NCBI GenBank assembly: GCA_045121975.1
Contig: JBGVHB010000059.1
Coordinates: 16,337-80,336 of the forward strand
DNA from: Roseburia sp.
GTDB taxonomy: Bacteria > Bacillota > Clostridia > Lachnospirales > Lachnospiraceae
DNA: 64,000 nucleotides
Direction: 5' to 3'
The notes under the pieces were generated by a model. That model saw only the letters and a list, made by a program, of their open reading frames with translations, did no database searches and was not told the DNA's origin. Of this stretch, positions 10,251-19,511 are shown piece after piece; position 1 is the first letter of the stretch; each line of letters begins with the position of its first letter. Position numbers and translations under genes: made by a program.

Positions 10251-10863
10251 AATGCTGTCACAAAACATTTATTGAAAGTGCATTAAACCATAATTTGCAT
10301 TATCACAAGTTTACATCATTCGCTTTGATTCTTCTGACAATAAAAAGTTTGAAGAACGTGTCAAATAAACTTGAAATTCTACTGCTTTTTCCGATGAAAT
10401 CGTTATCTTTTATGTCCGCTCAAGGTCTTTACACCCACAAAAAAGTGTTCGCATGGAAAAGGAAATTTGCGTTTCTCAGTTTTCTTAGTACATCTTACAG
10501 GGCAGCTTTGACAAAACGGAATCCGGCGGACGCAGGAGAACAGTACCTATCTTAATTAAGCAACGTAACGCCCTCCTTTGCGGTAGCCGGATTCTAATAT
10601 CGACTTTGCCAAAGCTGCCCTGCTAGATGTACTTGAAAGCTGTAGACCGAAATTTCCGTTCCAATGCGGACACTTTTTTGTGGGTGTAAAACGCGTGAGC
10701 GGACACAAAACGTTTATTCATCGGAAAAAGCAGAGAATTTCTAAGTTTTTATCCAACGTTCTTCAAACTTTTCCTTGCAAAAGAATCAATGTGAATGTTC
10801 AAAGTTTCTGATAATGCAAATTATGGCTTTGAAAAACACCACAAAATGTTTTGTGGCAGCATT
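10251..10863. repeat. ~613-bp imperfect palindrome (giant hairpin) filling the intergenic region
   Basis: About a dozen colinear inverted blocks, e.g. 10288-10305/10809-10826 (18/18) and 10428-10454/10664-10690 (26/27). Confidence 0.93.
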
Positions 10864-10932
10864 ATCTAGTAATTGCAGTGAGGATTTGGTACAATAGGAG
10901 AAGACAAATTCGAAAAGACAGGTTTGAAATAA

Positions 10933-13614
10933 ATGAGAAAATTAGTAATTGGAATTACCGCGCATGTAGATGCGGGAAAGACAACACTTTCCGAAGGAAT
11001 GTTGTATACCAGTGGCGCGATTCGCAAAATTGGGCGAGTAGATAATCAGGACGCATTTTTAGATACAGATGCTTTAGAAAAAGCAAGGGGAATCACAATT
11101 TTTTCTAAGCAGGCTGTATTTTCCTATGCGGATATGGATGTCACATTGCTAGATACGCCGGGACACGTTGATTTTTCTGCGGAGATGGAGCGAACCTTGC
11201 AGGTGCTTGACTATGCGATTCTTGTAATCAGCGGCGCAGATGGCGTGCAGGGACATACGCAGACACTTTGGAGATTGTTAAAACGTTATCAAGTGCCGGT
11301 ATTTTTGTTTGTCAATAAAATGGACCAGCCAGGAACAGACAAAGAGGCATTGCTTGCAGAGTTAAAAGAAAAGCTGTCCGATGGCTGTATCAGCTTTTCT
11401 GATGGTGAGACAGAAAGCTTTTATGAAGAGATTGCAATGGAAGAAGAAGCTGCAATGGAGGAATTTTTAGAGACAGGCAGTCTTCCTTATGAAAAAATAA
11501 AAACATTAATTGCAGAGCGGAAAGTATTTCCATGTTTCTTCGGCTCGGCGCTCAAATTAGAGGGCGTGGAAGAATTTTTGCAGGGACTGGCTTTTTATAC
11601 ACTTGAGAAAAATTATCCGGGTGATTTTGGCGCGAAGGTATTTAAAATTGCAAGAGATGAGCAGGGTAGCCGTCTTACTTATATGAAAATAACTGGTGGA
11701 AGCTTAAAGGTAAAAGCACTGCTGACAAATAAGCGGGAAGAAGATACCACAGGAGAAATCTGGGAAGAAAAAGTAAATCAGATTCGCGTTTATTCGGGAA
11801 GTAAATTTGAAGCGGTGTCAGAAGCTAAGGCAGGCAGTATCTGTGCAGTAACCGGATTAGAACATACCTTTGCAGGCATGGGACTTGGATGTGAAGAAGC
11901 GTCCATGCTGCCGCTTTTAGAGCCGGTATTGATGTACCGCATCCTTTTGCCGGAAGGATGCGAGCCGGCACAGATGCTTCCCAAATTACGTCAGCTTGAG
12001 GAAGAAGAACCAGAGCTTCACATTGTCTGGAATGAGAAACTGCAGGAGCTTCAGGCTCAGATTATGGGTGAGGTTCAGACAGAAGTTTTACAGAGCATGA
12101 TAAAAGAACGTTTTGATATAGACATTTCTTTTGGGGAAGGCAATATTGTTTACAAGGAAACAATTGCAAATACTGTAGAAGGTGTCGGTCATTTCGAGCC
12201 GCTGCGCCATTATGCAGAAGTGCATCTGTTATTAGAGCCGGCAGAGCGTGGAAGTGGCATGCAGTTTGCAACAAACTGTAGTGAGGATTTGTTAAGCAAA
12301 AACTGGCAGAGATTGATTTATACACATTTAGAGGAAAAGGAGCACATCGGTGTGCTGACAGGTTCTGTGATTACCGATATGAAAATCACTTTAATCGCAG
12401 GACGCGCACATCAGAAACATACGGAGGGCGGAGATTTCAGACAGGCAACCTACCGCGCGATTCGTCAGGGTCTGATGGAAGCAGAAAGTGTGTTGTTAGA
12501 GCCTTATTATGAATTTCGTTTAGAAGTTCCGCAGAATATGGTTGGCAGGGCAATGACAGAACTTGACCAGATGCATGGCAGCTTTGAAGGTCCATTTACT
12601 GAGGGTGACATGGCGGTTTTGACCGGAAGTGCACCAGCAGCCTGCATGCGTAATTATCAGAAAGAAGTGACTGCATATACAAAGGGCTGTGGCAGATTAT
12701 CCTTATCTTTAAAGGGATATGATGTGTGTCATAATGCAGAGGAAGTAATCGCAAAAATTGCTTACGACCCGGAGCGTGACCTTTCAAACCCGACAGGCTC
12801 GGTATTCTGCGCTCATGGCGCAGGCTTTGTGGTGAACTGGGATGAAGTGAAAAATTATATGCACTTAGAGGGCATCGGGGCAAAAACATCAGAAGAAAAG
12901 CTGGAAGATAGTGCGGCAAAAGCAGTTTACCAGTCATCCTATGAGCCGGAGGAATGGATTGACGCAGAGGAAGTGGATGCGATTATTAACCGCACCTATC
13001 ATGCGAATACCCACGAGAAAAGTGCTGTTAAGAAATGGAAAAATAATAAGCGTGTGATTCAGGCAGCGGAATCTGTTTATACGCCAATTCGAAAGACAAC
13101 GCCAAAAGAAAAATACCTGTTGGTGGATGGATATAATATTATTTTTGCGTGGGAAGAACTTCATGCATTAGCAGAAACCAATATTGATGGAGCAAGAGGA
13201 AAGCTTCTTGATATTTTAAGCAATTATCAGGGAATTCGTAAATGCAATCTGATTGTCGTATTTGATGCGTATCGTGTGGCGGGGCATCAGACAGAGATTT
13301 TTGATTACCACAATATCCACGTGGTTTATACCAAAGAGGCAGAGACTGCCGATGCTTATATTGAGAAATTTGCGCATGAGAACGGACGTAAATATGATGT
13401 AACGGTTGCGACCTCAGACGGCTTAGAGCAGATAATTATCCGCGGACAAGGATGCAGACTTTTTTCTGCAAGGGAATTTGCAGAGGAGATAAAAAATGCA
13501 AATGCTTCTATTCAGGAAAAAATGCAGGAAGTATCAGAGCAGGCGCACAATTATCTGTTAGACCACGCATCCGAAGAAGTGAAACATGCGTTGGCAAATG
13601 AGAAACAAGAATAA
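10933..13614 (+). CDS. TetM/EF-G-like translational GTPase fused to a C-terminal YacP/Rae1-type NYN RNase domain
   Basis: AHVDAGKTT, RGITI, DTPGH, NKMD, EF-G domain IV/V motifs; C-terminal LLVDGYN, VVFDA, TADAYIE, VATSD. Confidence 0.88.
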   Translation: MRKLVIGITAHVDAGKTTLSEGMLYTSGAIRKIGRVDNQDAFLDTDALEKARGITIFSKQAVFSYADMDVTLLDTPGHVDFSAEMERTLQVLDYAILVISGADGVQGHTQTLWRLLKRYQVPVFLFVNKMDQPGTDKEALLAELKEKLSDGCISFSDGETESFYEEIAMEEEAAMEEFLETGSLPYEKIKTLIAERKVFPCFFGSALKLEGVEEFLQGLAFYTLEKNYPGDFGAKVFKIARDEQGSRLTYMKITGGSLKVKALLTNKREEDTTGEIWEEKVNQIRVYSGSKFEAVSEAKAGSICAVTGLEHTFAGMGLGCEEASMLPLLEPVLMYRILLPEGCEPAQMLPKLRQLEEEEPELHIVWNEKLQELQAQIMGEVQTEVLQSMIKERFDIDISFGEGNIVYKETIANTVEGVGHFEPLRHYAEVHLLLEPAERGSGMQFATNCSEDLLSKNWQRLIYTHLEEKEHIGVLTGSVITDMKITLIAGRAHQKHTEGGDFRQATYRAIRQGLMEAESVLLEPYYEFRLEVPQNMVGRAMTELDQMHGSFEGPFTEGDMAVLTGSAPAACMRNYQKEVTAYTKGCGRLSLSLKGYDVCHNAEEVIAKIAYDPERDLSNPTGSVFCAHGAGFVVNWDEVKNYMHLEGIGAKTSEEKLEDSAAKAVYQSSYEPEEWIDAEEVDAIINRTYHANTHEKSAVKKWKNNKRVIQAAESVYTPIRKTTPKEKYLLVDGYNIIFAWEELHALAETNIDGARGKLLDILSNYQGIRKCNLIVVFDAYRVAGHQTEIFDYHNIHVVYTKEAETADAYIEKFAHENGRKYDVTVATSDGLEQIIIRGQGCRLFSAREFAEEIKNANASIQEKMQEVSEQAHNYLLDHASEEVKHALANEKQE

Positions 13615-13642
13615 AAAGCAGCAAGGAAAAGAGGAATAAAAC

Positions 13643-15049
13643 ATGCTTCCATGTGATTTTACAGATAGAATGAAACAGATGTTAAATGACGAATACGAGG
13701 AATTTTTAGCAAGCTATGATTTGCCAAAATACCAGTCGCTTCGCATCAATCCGTTAAAAGTAGAGAATGAAACATTTTTAGCACAGAATCCTTTTACCTT
13801 AGAGCAGGTCTTATGGGAAGAAAATGGATTTTATTATACGAGTGAGGATACACCGGGAAAGCATCCCTATCATGATGCAGGTGTTTACTATATTCAAGAG
13901 CCAAGTGCGATGGCACCGGCTGCTTATTTAAAGGCAGCTCCTGGAGAGAAAATCTTGGATTTGTGTGCAGCTCCGGGCGGCAAAAGCACCCAGATTGCCT
14001 GTAGTATGAATGGAGAGGGCTTATTCGTCTGCAATGAGATTCATCCGGCAAGAGCAAAGATTCTTTCAGAAAATATTGAGCGTATGGGTGTAAAAAATGC
14101 GCTTGTAACAAACGAAACACCACAGCATTTATCAGATATTTTCGAGAGTTATTTTGATAAAATTTTAGTAGATGTACCATGTTCTGGTGAGGGGATGTTT
14201 CGTAAAAATGAAGATGCCTGCGGCGAGTGGAGTCTGGAAAACGTACAGGTTTGTGCCGCACGTCAGGATGAAATCTTAGACTGCGCCGCATCCATGCTTC
14301 GTCCGGGCGGCAGATTAGTGTATTCAACCTGCACCTTTGCTCCGGCAGAAAATGAAGGCAGTATTTACCGCTTTTTAAAACGTCATGCAGACTTTCAGGT
14401 GGTGGAAGTGCCTTTGTATGAGGGAATGAGCAGGGGCAGAAGTGAATGGTGCGAGAAAGCAGGAAGCTTTGCGACAGTCGATGAAGAAATGAAAACATCT
14501 ATTGAGAAGACGATTCGTTTATGGCCACATCGTCTGCGTGGAGAAGGTCATTACCTTGCCGTTTTAGAAAAAATGGGAAGTGTGCCGGAAGGCTATGAGG
14601 GATACTGCCGTACTGGTTTAGAAAAAGGAATTTCAGAAAAAGACTGTAAAGAATTTTTTGAATTTGCAAAAGAAAATATAAAAACAGAATTATCTGGAAA
14701 ATTGCTAAAATTCGGAGAACAGCTGTATCTGATGCCGGAAAATATGCCGGGATTAAAGGGAATGAAAGTTTTGCGTCCGGGACTTCACCTTGGAACGATG
14801 AAAAAGAATCGTTTTGAGCCGTCTCATGCGTTAGCGTTAGCACTTTCTTCCAAAGAAGTCTGCCATACCTTAAACATTGCAGGCGACAGCTTCGAGGCAA
14901 AGGCGTATTTAAACGGACAGACATTAAATGCTGAAGGAGAAAAAGGCTGGTATTTAATAACCGTAGATAATTACAGCATTGGATGGGGAAAACTTGCAGG
15001 CGGCATCATGAAGAACCATTATCCAAAAGGACTTAGAAAAAATGTATAA
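13643..15049 (+). CDS. rsmF: 16S rRNA m5C methyltransferase, RsmF/RsmB-NOP2 family
   Basis: YYIQEPSAM, LDLCAAPGGK, VDVPCSGEG, YSTCTF..ENE, C-terminal KNHYPKGLR. Confidence 0.88.
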   Translation: MLPCDFTDRMKQMLNDEYEEFLASYDLPKYQSLRINPLKVENETFLAQNPFTLEQVLWEENGFYYTSEDTPGKHPYHDAGVYYIQEPSAMAPAAYLKAAPGEKILDLCAAPGGKSTQIACSMNGEGLFVCNEIHPARAKILSENIERMGVKNALVTNETPQHLSDIFESYFDKILVDVPCSGEGMFRKNEDACGEWSLENVQVCAARQDEILDCAASMLRPGGRLVYSTCTFAPAENEGSIYRFLKRHADFQVVEVPLYEGMSRGRSEWCEKAGSFATVDEEMKTSIEKTIRLWPHRLRGEGHYLAVLEKMGSVPEGYEGYCRTGLEKGISEKDCKEFFEFAKENIKTELSGKLLKFGEQLYLMPENMPGLKGMKVLRPGLHLGTMKKNRFEPSHALALALSSKEVCHTLNIAGDSFEAKAYLNGQTLNAEGEKGWYLITVDNYSIGWGKLAGGIMKNHYPKGLRKNV

Positions 15050-15197
15050 CTTTTGAACTAATTCACTGTAAAAACTGTGAAAAATAATTGATGTATTTTA
15101 ATCTGGTACTTGAAATCATTGGTAAATGTGTTGTATAATGAATAATACTTTAGCTTGTATTAAAGGAAATGTCTGACCTTAAGTGAGGAGGTATCGC

Positions 15198-16463
15198 ATG
15201 GGCAGCCAGCAGAATCATACAAAAGGAAAAAATTCTATGAATGAAAAAATGACAGATAACGGTATGCATCAGCAGTCTCAGGAAGAATTATTAGCTGCGT
15301 TAGAAGAAGCGAAGCGGATTAACCGCCAAAAAAGTGAATTTTTAGCACGTATGAGTCATGGAATCAGAACACCGATGAATGCAATTATCGGTTTGACATA
15401 TTTGAGTAAAGAAACAGCCGATGTACCTCAGAAGGTCATGGAGAATCTGGATAAAATTGATATGTCTGCACATTTTCTTCTTGATTTTATTAATGATATT
15501 TTAAACTTATCAGAATTGGAAAATGGAAGCATTGCATTCGATAAAAAACGTGTCAATATGAACAGCTTTTTAACAGAGATTCATAAAGATGTCAGCCAGA
15601 GTGCCAGCAAGAAAAAGCTGCTTTATGTACCATCTGTACATGGAGAATTAGACGAGGAATATGTGTTTGATGCGGATATGTTAAAGCATGCACTGATGAA
15701 TGTTTTAAGAAATGCTGTAAAATTTACCCCTGCAGAGGGTAACGTTATTTTTGTGACAGAATTAGAAGCACAGACACAGAATACAGCGAATCTTCGTTTT
15801 GAGATTACAGATAATGGAATCGGAATGGATAAGGACTTTCTTTCAAGAGCGTTCGAAGCATTTGAACAGGAGGTTGGAGAAAATACAACGATTTCCGGCG
15901 GTAATGGTTTAGGTCTTACAATTACAAGACATATTGTAGAACTGATGAATGGTTCTGTAGAGCTTTTGAGTGAAAAAGGTCAGGGAACAACTGTGATTCT
16001 CAATGTTCCATTAGAAAAGGTGCAGAGTGAGAGCAGAAGCAATCCGACAAAAGAAGCCGTAGATGATTACGATTTCACTGGAAAGAGAGCATTAATCGTA
16101 GAAGATAATGAGATTAATATCGAAATCGCAAAAAATATTTTAGCATATAAGAATTTTGAGACAGAAGTTGTAACCAATGGTGAGGACTGCTTAGAAGCAT
16201 TCAGCAGCCACGAGCCGGGTTATTATGATGTTATCCTTATGGATATTATTATGCCTGTTATGGATGGATTGACAACGACAAGACTTCTGCGTAATTTAGC
16301 CAGACCAGACAGTAAGACGATTCCAGTTATCGCGATGACTGCAAATGCATTTGAAGCGGATTTGAAAAAGTCTATGGATGCAGGAATGAATGGTTACTTA
16401 AGCAAACCAATTGATATTAAGAAAATGTATGCATTATTACAGGAAGTTTTATACGAAGCATAA
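15198..16463 (+). CDS. Soluble hybrid histidine kinase-response regulator without sensor domain
   Basis: H-box MSHGIRTP, N-box NAVKFT, DNGIGM, GLGL, receiver LMDIIMP..SKP. Confidence 0.88.
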   Translation: MGSQQNHTKGKNSMNEKMTDNGMHQQSQEELLAALEEAKRINRQKSEFLARMSHGIRTPMNAIIGLTYLSKETADVPQKVMENLDKIDMSAHFLLDFINDILNLSELENGSIAFDKKRVNMNSFLTEIHKDVSQSASKKKLLYVPSVHGELDEEYVFDADMLKHALMNVLRNAVKFTPAEGNVIFVTELEAQTQNTANLRFEITDNGIGMDKDFLSRAFEAFEQEVGENTTISGGNGLGLTITRHIVELMNGSVELLSEKGQGTTVILNVPLEKVQSESRSNPTKEAVDDYDFTGKRALIVEDNEINIEIAKNILAYKNFETEVVTNGEDCLEAFSSHEPGYYDVILMDIIMPVMDGLTTTRLLRNLARPDSKTIPVIAMTANAFEADLKKSMDAGMNGYLSKPIDIKKMYALLQEVLYEA

Positions 16464-16468
16464 GAGGA

Positions 16469-16502
16469 AAGAAGCCAACAAGAAACGGTTGGCTTCTTTT
16501 TT
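16469..16502 (+). terminator. Intrinsic terminator
   Basis: AAGAAGCCAAC..GTTGGCTTCTT plus T-tract. Confidence 0.8.
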
Positions 16503-16563
16503 GGTCAATCATACATTATGAAATAAAAGGCAGACAAAAAATTCTTGCAGGTAAGGAGAAAAC

Positions 16564-17595
16564 ATGAAAAAATCGTTACAAAGAATCATAGTATTAAGTA
16601 TGGCAGCAATGATGCTTTCCGGCTGTGGCACAAAAGAGAAAAACGCCAATACAAGTGAAACAGAGTATGCAGAAAACGAAACAGAGCAGACGCAAGGCGA
16701 AACAGAGCAGCTGCAAACAGAAAAGGAAGGTGCTGTGGATGGAGGAAATCTGGTAACGTTTATAGATGCACTTGGACGAAAAGTGGAGTTAGAAACACCG
16801 GAGAAAGCCGCAGTTCTTTCAGGGAGCTATGCAGACTGCTGGCTGCTTGCTGGTGGTACACTTACCGCCACATCTGAGGATGCAGAAGAGATTCTTTCGG
16901 ATGAGCCGGAAGTGGTAAGCGTTGGTTCGGTCAAGCATCCAAGTGTAGAGACAATGCTTGCAGAAGAAGTTGATTTTGTCGTATTGTCAGCATCTATTGC
17001 GGGACATGTAGACATGGAACAGACTCTTGAAAATGCAGGCGTGACAACAGCATATTTTGAAGTCGAAACCTTTGATGACTACGATGAAATGATGCAGATT
17101 TTTACCGATATTACAGGGCGTAAGGATTTGTATGAGAAAAACGTAACAGATGTACGGGCACAGATAGAAGAAACAATAAAAATGGCAGAAGATGCCTTGA
17201 AAGAGGAAGAAGCACCAACGGTTCTTTTCTTAAGAGCATTTTCTAATGGAGTAAAAGCCAAGGGAAGCGACAGCATGACCGGGCAGATGTTAAAGGATTT
17301 AGGCTGCATCAATATCGCGGATGCAGAACAGTCACTGTTAGAGGACATAAGCATGGAGGCTGTGATTGCGGCAGACCCGGATTATATCTTTGTGACAACG
17401 ATGGGAGATTACGAGGAAGCTGCCATCGCAATGGTGGAAGAGCTGCTTGTTTCGAATCCTGCATGGAATGGATTATCTGCTGTAGTGAATGGAAATTATG
17501 AGATTCTTCCACAGGAATTATTTCATAACAAACCAAATGAACGCTGGGGAGAAAGCTATCAGATGTTAGCTGAATATTTATATGGAGAAAAGTAA
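16564..17595 (+). CDS. Iron-complex/cobalamin ABC substrate-binding lipoprotein
   Basis: Lipobox LSGC, FIDALGR, SVE..LA, ISMEAVIAADPDYI. Confidence 0.85.
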   Translation: MKKSLQRIIVLSMAAMMLSGCGTKEKNANTSETEYAENETEQTQGETEQLQTEKEGAVDGGNLVTFIDALGRKVELETPEKAAVLSGSYADCWLLAGGTLTATSEDAEEILSDEPEVVSVGSVKHPSVETMLAEEVDFVVLSASIAGHVDMEQTLENAGVTTAYFEVETFDDYDEMMQIFTDITGRKDLYEKNVTDVRAQIEETIKMAEDALKEEEAPTVLFLRAFSNGVKAKGSDSMTGQMLKDLGCINIADAEQSLLEDISMEAVIAADPDYIFVTTMGDYEEAAIAMVEELLVSNPAWNGLSAVVNGNYEILPQELFHNKPNERWGESYQMLAEYLYGEK

Positions 17596-18610
17596 ACGAA
17601 GAAACGATGAGATGAAAACAAAATATCGATACAGAAAGATTCTTCTGCTTCTTTTTGGATTGCTTTTGCTTATGACAATGATTGCATTATTATACGGCGC
17701 AGTGGAGGTATCTTTGCAGGATTTCCTTCATTTATTTGATGGAAAGGAGCTTAGTGCAGAGGGGAGGATTATCCGTTATGTCAGAGTGCCAAGAGTGTTT
17801 GGTGCAATTGTAGCAGGCATGGGACTTGCACTTTCCGGTGCACTGATTCAGACAATCCTAAATAATCCGTTAGCAGGGCCAAATATTATTGGTGTCAATT
17901 CGGGTGCAGGATTTGCAGTGGTGCTTTGTACTGCATTTTTTCCAAAAGCATATGCAGCAATGCCTTTGGCTGCGTTTTGCGGAGCATTTGCGACAGTATT
18001 TTTTGTATATTATCTTGGAAAAAAGACAGGTGCATCCAGACTTACGATTGTGCTTGCGGGTGTGGCGGTCAACAGCCTTTTAAATGGTGCAACAGATGCT
18101 ATTTATACATTGTGTGATTTTTCAGTGGCATCTGGCAATTCCTTTAAAATAGGTGGGCTTTCCGGGATTAACACAGAAGTGTTAAAATGGGCGGCAGCTG
18201 CAATTTTTATTTCATTTGTGATTGTGCTGCTGCTTCACAATGAATTAGAAGTTTTTTCTCTCGGAGAGGAAACGGCGCATTCTTTAGGACTTAACGTTTC
18301 AGTTTACCGCTTTGTATTTTTGATGCTTGCGGCAGTTCTTTCCGGCGCGGCAGTCAGCTTTGCGGGACTGCTCGGATTCGTAGGTTTAATTGTTCCGCAT
18401 ATTGCAAGAATTCTTGTAGGAGAGGAATGCAGACATTTTTTACTGGCATCTGCTATTTTGGGAGCATTATTTTTACTGGCGTGCGATTTTGTGGGAAGAA
18501 CCTTTTTTGCACCATATGAGCTTCCTGTTGGAATTATTTTGTCTTTTGTGGGAGCACCATTTTTTATTTGGCTCTTATTAAAAAGAAGAAGGGGAAAAAG
18601 CTATGCTTAA
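17582..18610 (+). CDS. FecCD/BtuC-family permease
   Basis: RVPR, NPLAGPNIIGVNSGA, GFVGLIVPHIAR, ELPVG. Confidence 0.92.
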   Translation: MEKSKRRNDEMKTKYRYRKILLLLFGLLLLMTMIALLYGAVEVSLQDFLHLFDGKELSAEGRIIRYVRVPRVFGAIVAGMGLALSGALIQTILNNPLAGPNIIGVNSGAGFAVVLCTAFFPKAYAAMPLAAFCGAFATVFFVYYLGKKTGASRLTIVLAGVAVNSLLNGATDAIYTLCDFSVASGNSFKIGGLSGINTEVLKWAAAAIFISFVIVLLLHNELEVFSLGEETAHSLGLNVSVYRFVFLMLAAVLSGAAVSFAGLLGFVGLIVPHIARILVGEECRHFLLASAILGALFLLACDFVGRTFFAPYELPVGIILSFVGAPFFIWLLLKRRRGKSYA

Positions 18611-19364
18611 GTTGGAAAAACTGACTGCGGGTTACGATGGATGTCCGGTGATATCAGACATCAATGCCTACTTTGAAAAAGGGAGCATTACAACAATTAT
18701 CGGTGCAAATGGAAGTGGAAAAAGTACCCTGTTGAAAGCTGCAATGGGATTGTGTACGCTTATGGATGGAGAGGTTTTCCTGGATGGGAAAAATCAAAAG
18801 ACAATGGATACAAAAGAATTTGCAAGGAAAGTTTCCTATCTTCCACAGAGCCATACTGCAAGCTCCATAAGTGCAGGCAGAATGGTGCTGCATGGCAGAT
18901 TTCCATATTTGTCTTATCCTAGACATTACAGTAAAAAGGATTATGAACTTTGTAACCTTGCAATGGAGCGTCTTGGAATCCTGCCTTTAAAAGAAAAAAG
19001 AATGGAAGAACTTTCCGGTGGAGAACGTCAGAAGGTCTATCTTGCAATGGCACTTGCTGGTGAAACAGAAGTCTTTTTGTTAGATGAGCCAACGACGTAT
19101 CTTGATATTCATTATCAGCTGGAACTTCTTTCCTTGATGCAGGAACTTCGCACACAAGGAAAAACAGTAGTGATGGTGCTGCATGATTTAAATTATGCCA
19201 TGCAGATTTCCGATAAAATCATTGTGATGCAGAAGGGAAAAGTTTTAGCAGAGGGCACACCAAAGCAGATTGCTTCTGGTGGTGTGATTGAAAAAGCATT
19301 TGGGGTGCACAGCAAACGTCTTTATGACGAAGCAGGGGAAGTGCATTATATTTTTAATTTATAA
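18603..19364 (+). CDS. FepC/BtuD-family ABC ATPase
   Basis: GANGSGKS, LSGGERQ, LLDEPT, VLHDLN. Confidence 0.92.
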   Translation: MLKLEKLTAGYDGCPVISDINAYFEKGSITTIIGANGSGKSTLLKAAMGLCTLMDGEVFLDGKNQKTMDTKEFARKVSYLPQSHTASSISAGRMVLHGRFPYLSYPRHYSKKDYELCNLAMERLGILPLKEKRMEELSGGERQKVYLAMALAGETEVFLLDEPTTYLDIHYQLELLSLMQELRTQGKTVVMVLHDLNYAMQISDKIIVMQKGKVLAEGTPKQIASGGVIEKAFGVHSKRLYDEAGEVHYIFNL

Positions 19365-19437
19365 AATGTTTGTAAAATCCTTGAAAAATGCCAGTTTTTG
19401 GAGATTTCATGTATGAGAATAAAAACATCTTAACTAC

Positions 19438-19492
19438 TTGAAATTTCGTATATGGCACTTTATAATAGGGTATCTGGTTAAAAAATTAACAA
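19438..19492 (+). promoter_or_regulatory. SigA promoter with downstream Rex-type box
   Basis: TTGAAA-N17-TATAAT (19438-19466); TGGTTAA-AAAA-TTAACAA (19475-19492). Confidence 0.7.
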
Positions 19493-19511
19493 AGAATAGT
19501 GAGGAAAAACG

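Noticed and set aside
10229-10555. 108-aa ORF in the left arm of the palindrome
   Set aside because: No recognisable motif, atypical composition, and it ends at the palindrome centre; better explained as a by-product of the repeat
10933-13614. Calling this a tetracycline resistance gene (tetM/W/O)
   Set aside because: It has a long linker plus NYN fusion and a host-like chromosomal context; nothing in the sequence supports resistance
16464-16563. Cobalamin riboswitch upstream of the BtuFCD-like transporter
   Set aside because: The intergenic space is only ~100 nt, largely a terminator, and no B12 box is seen
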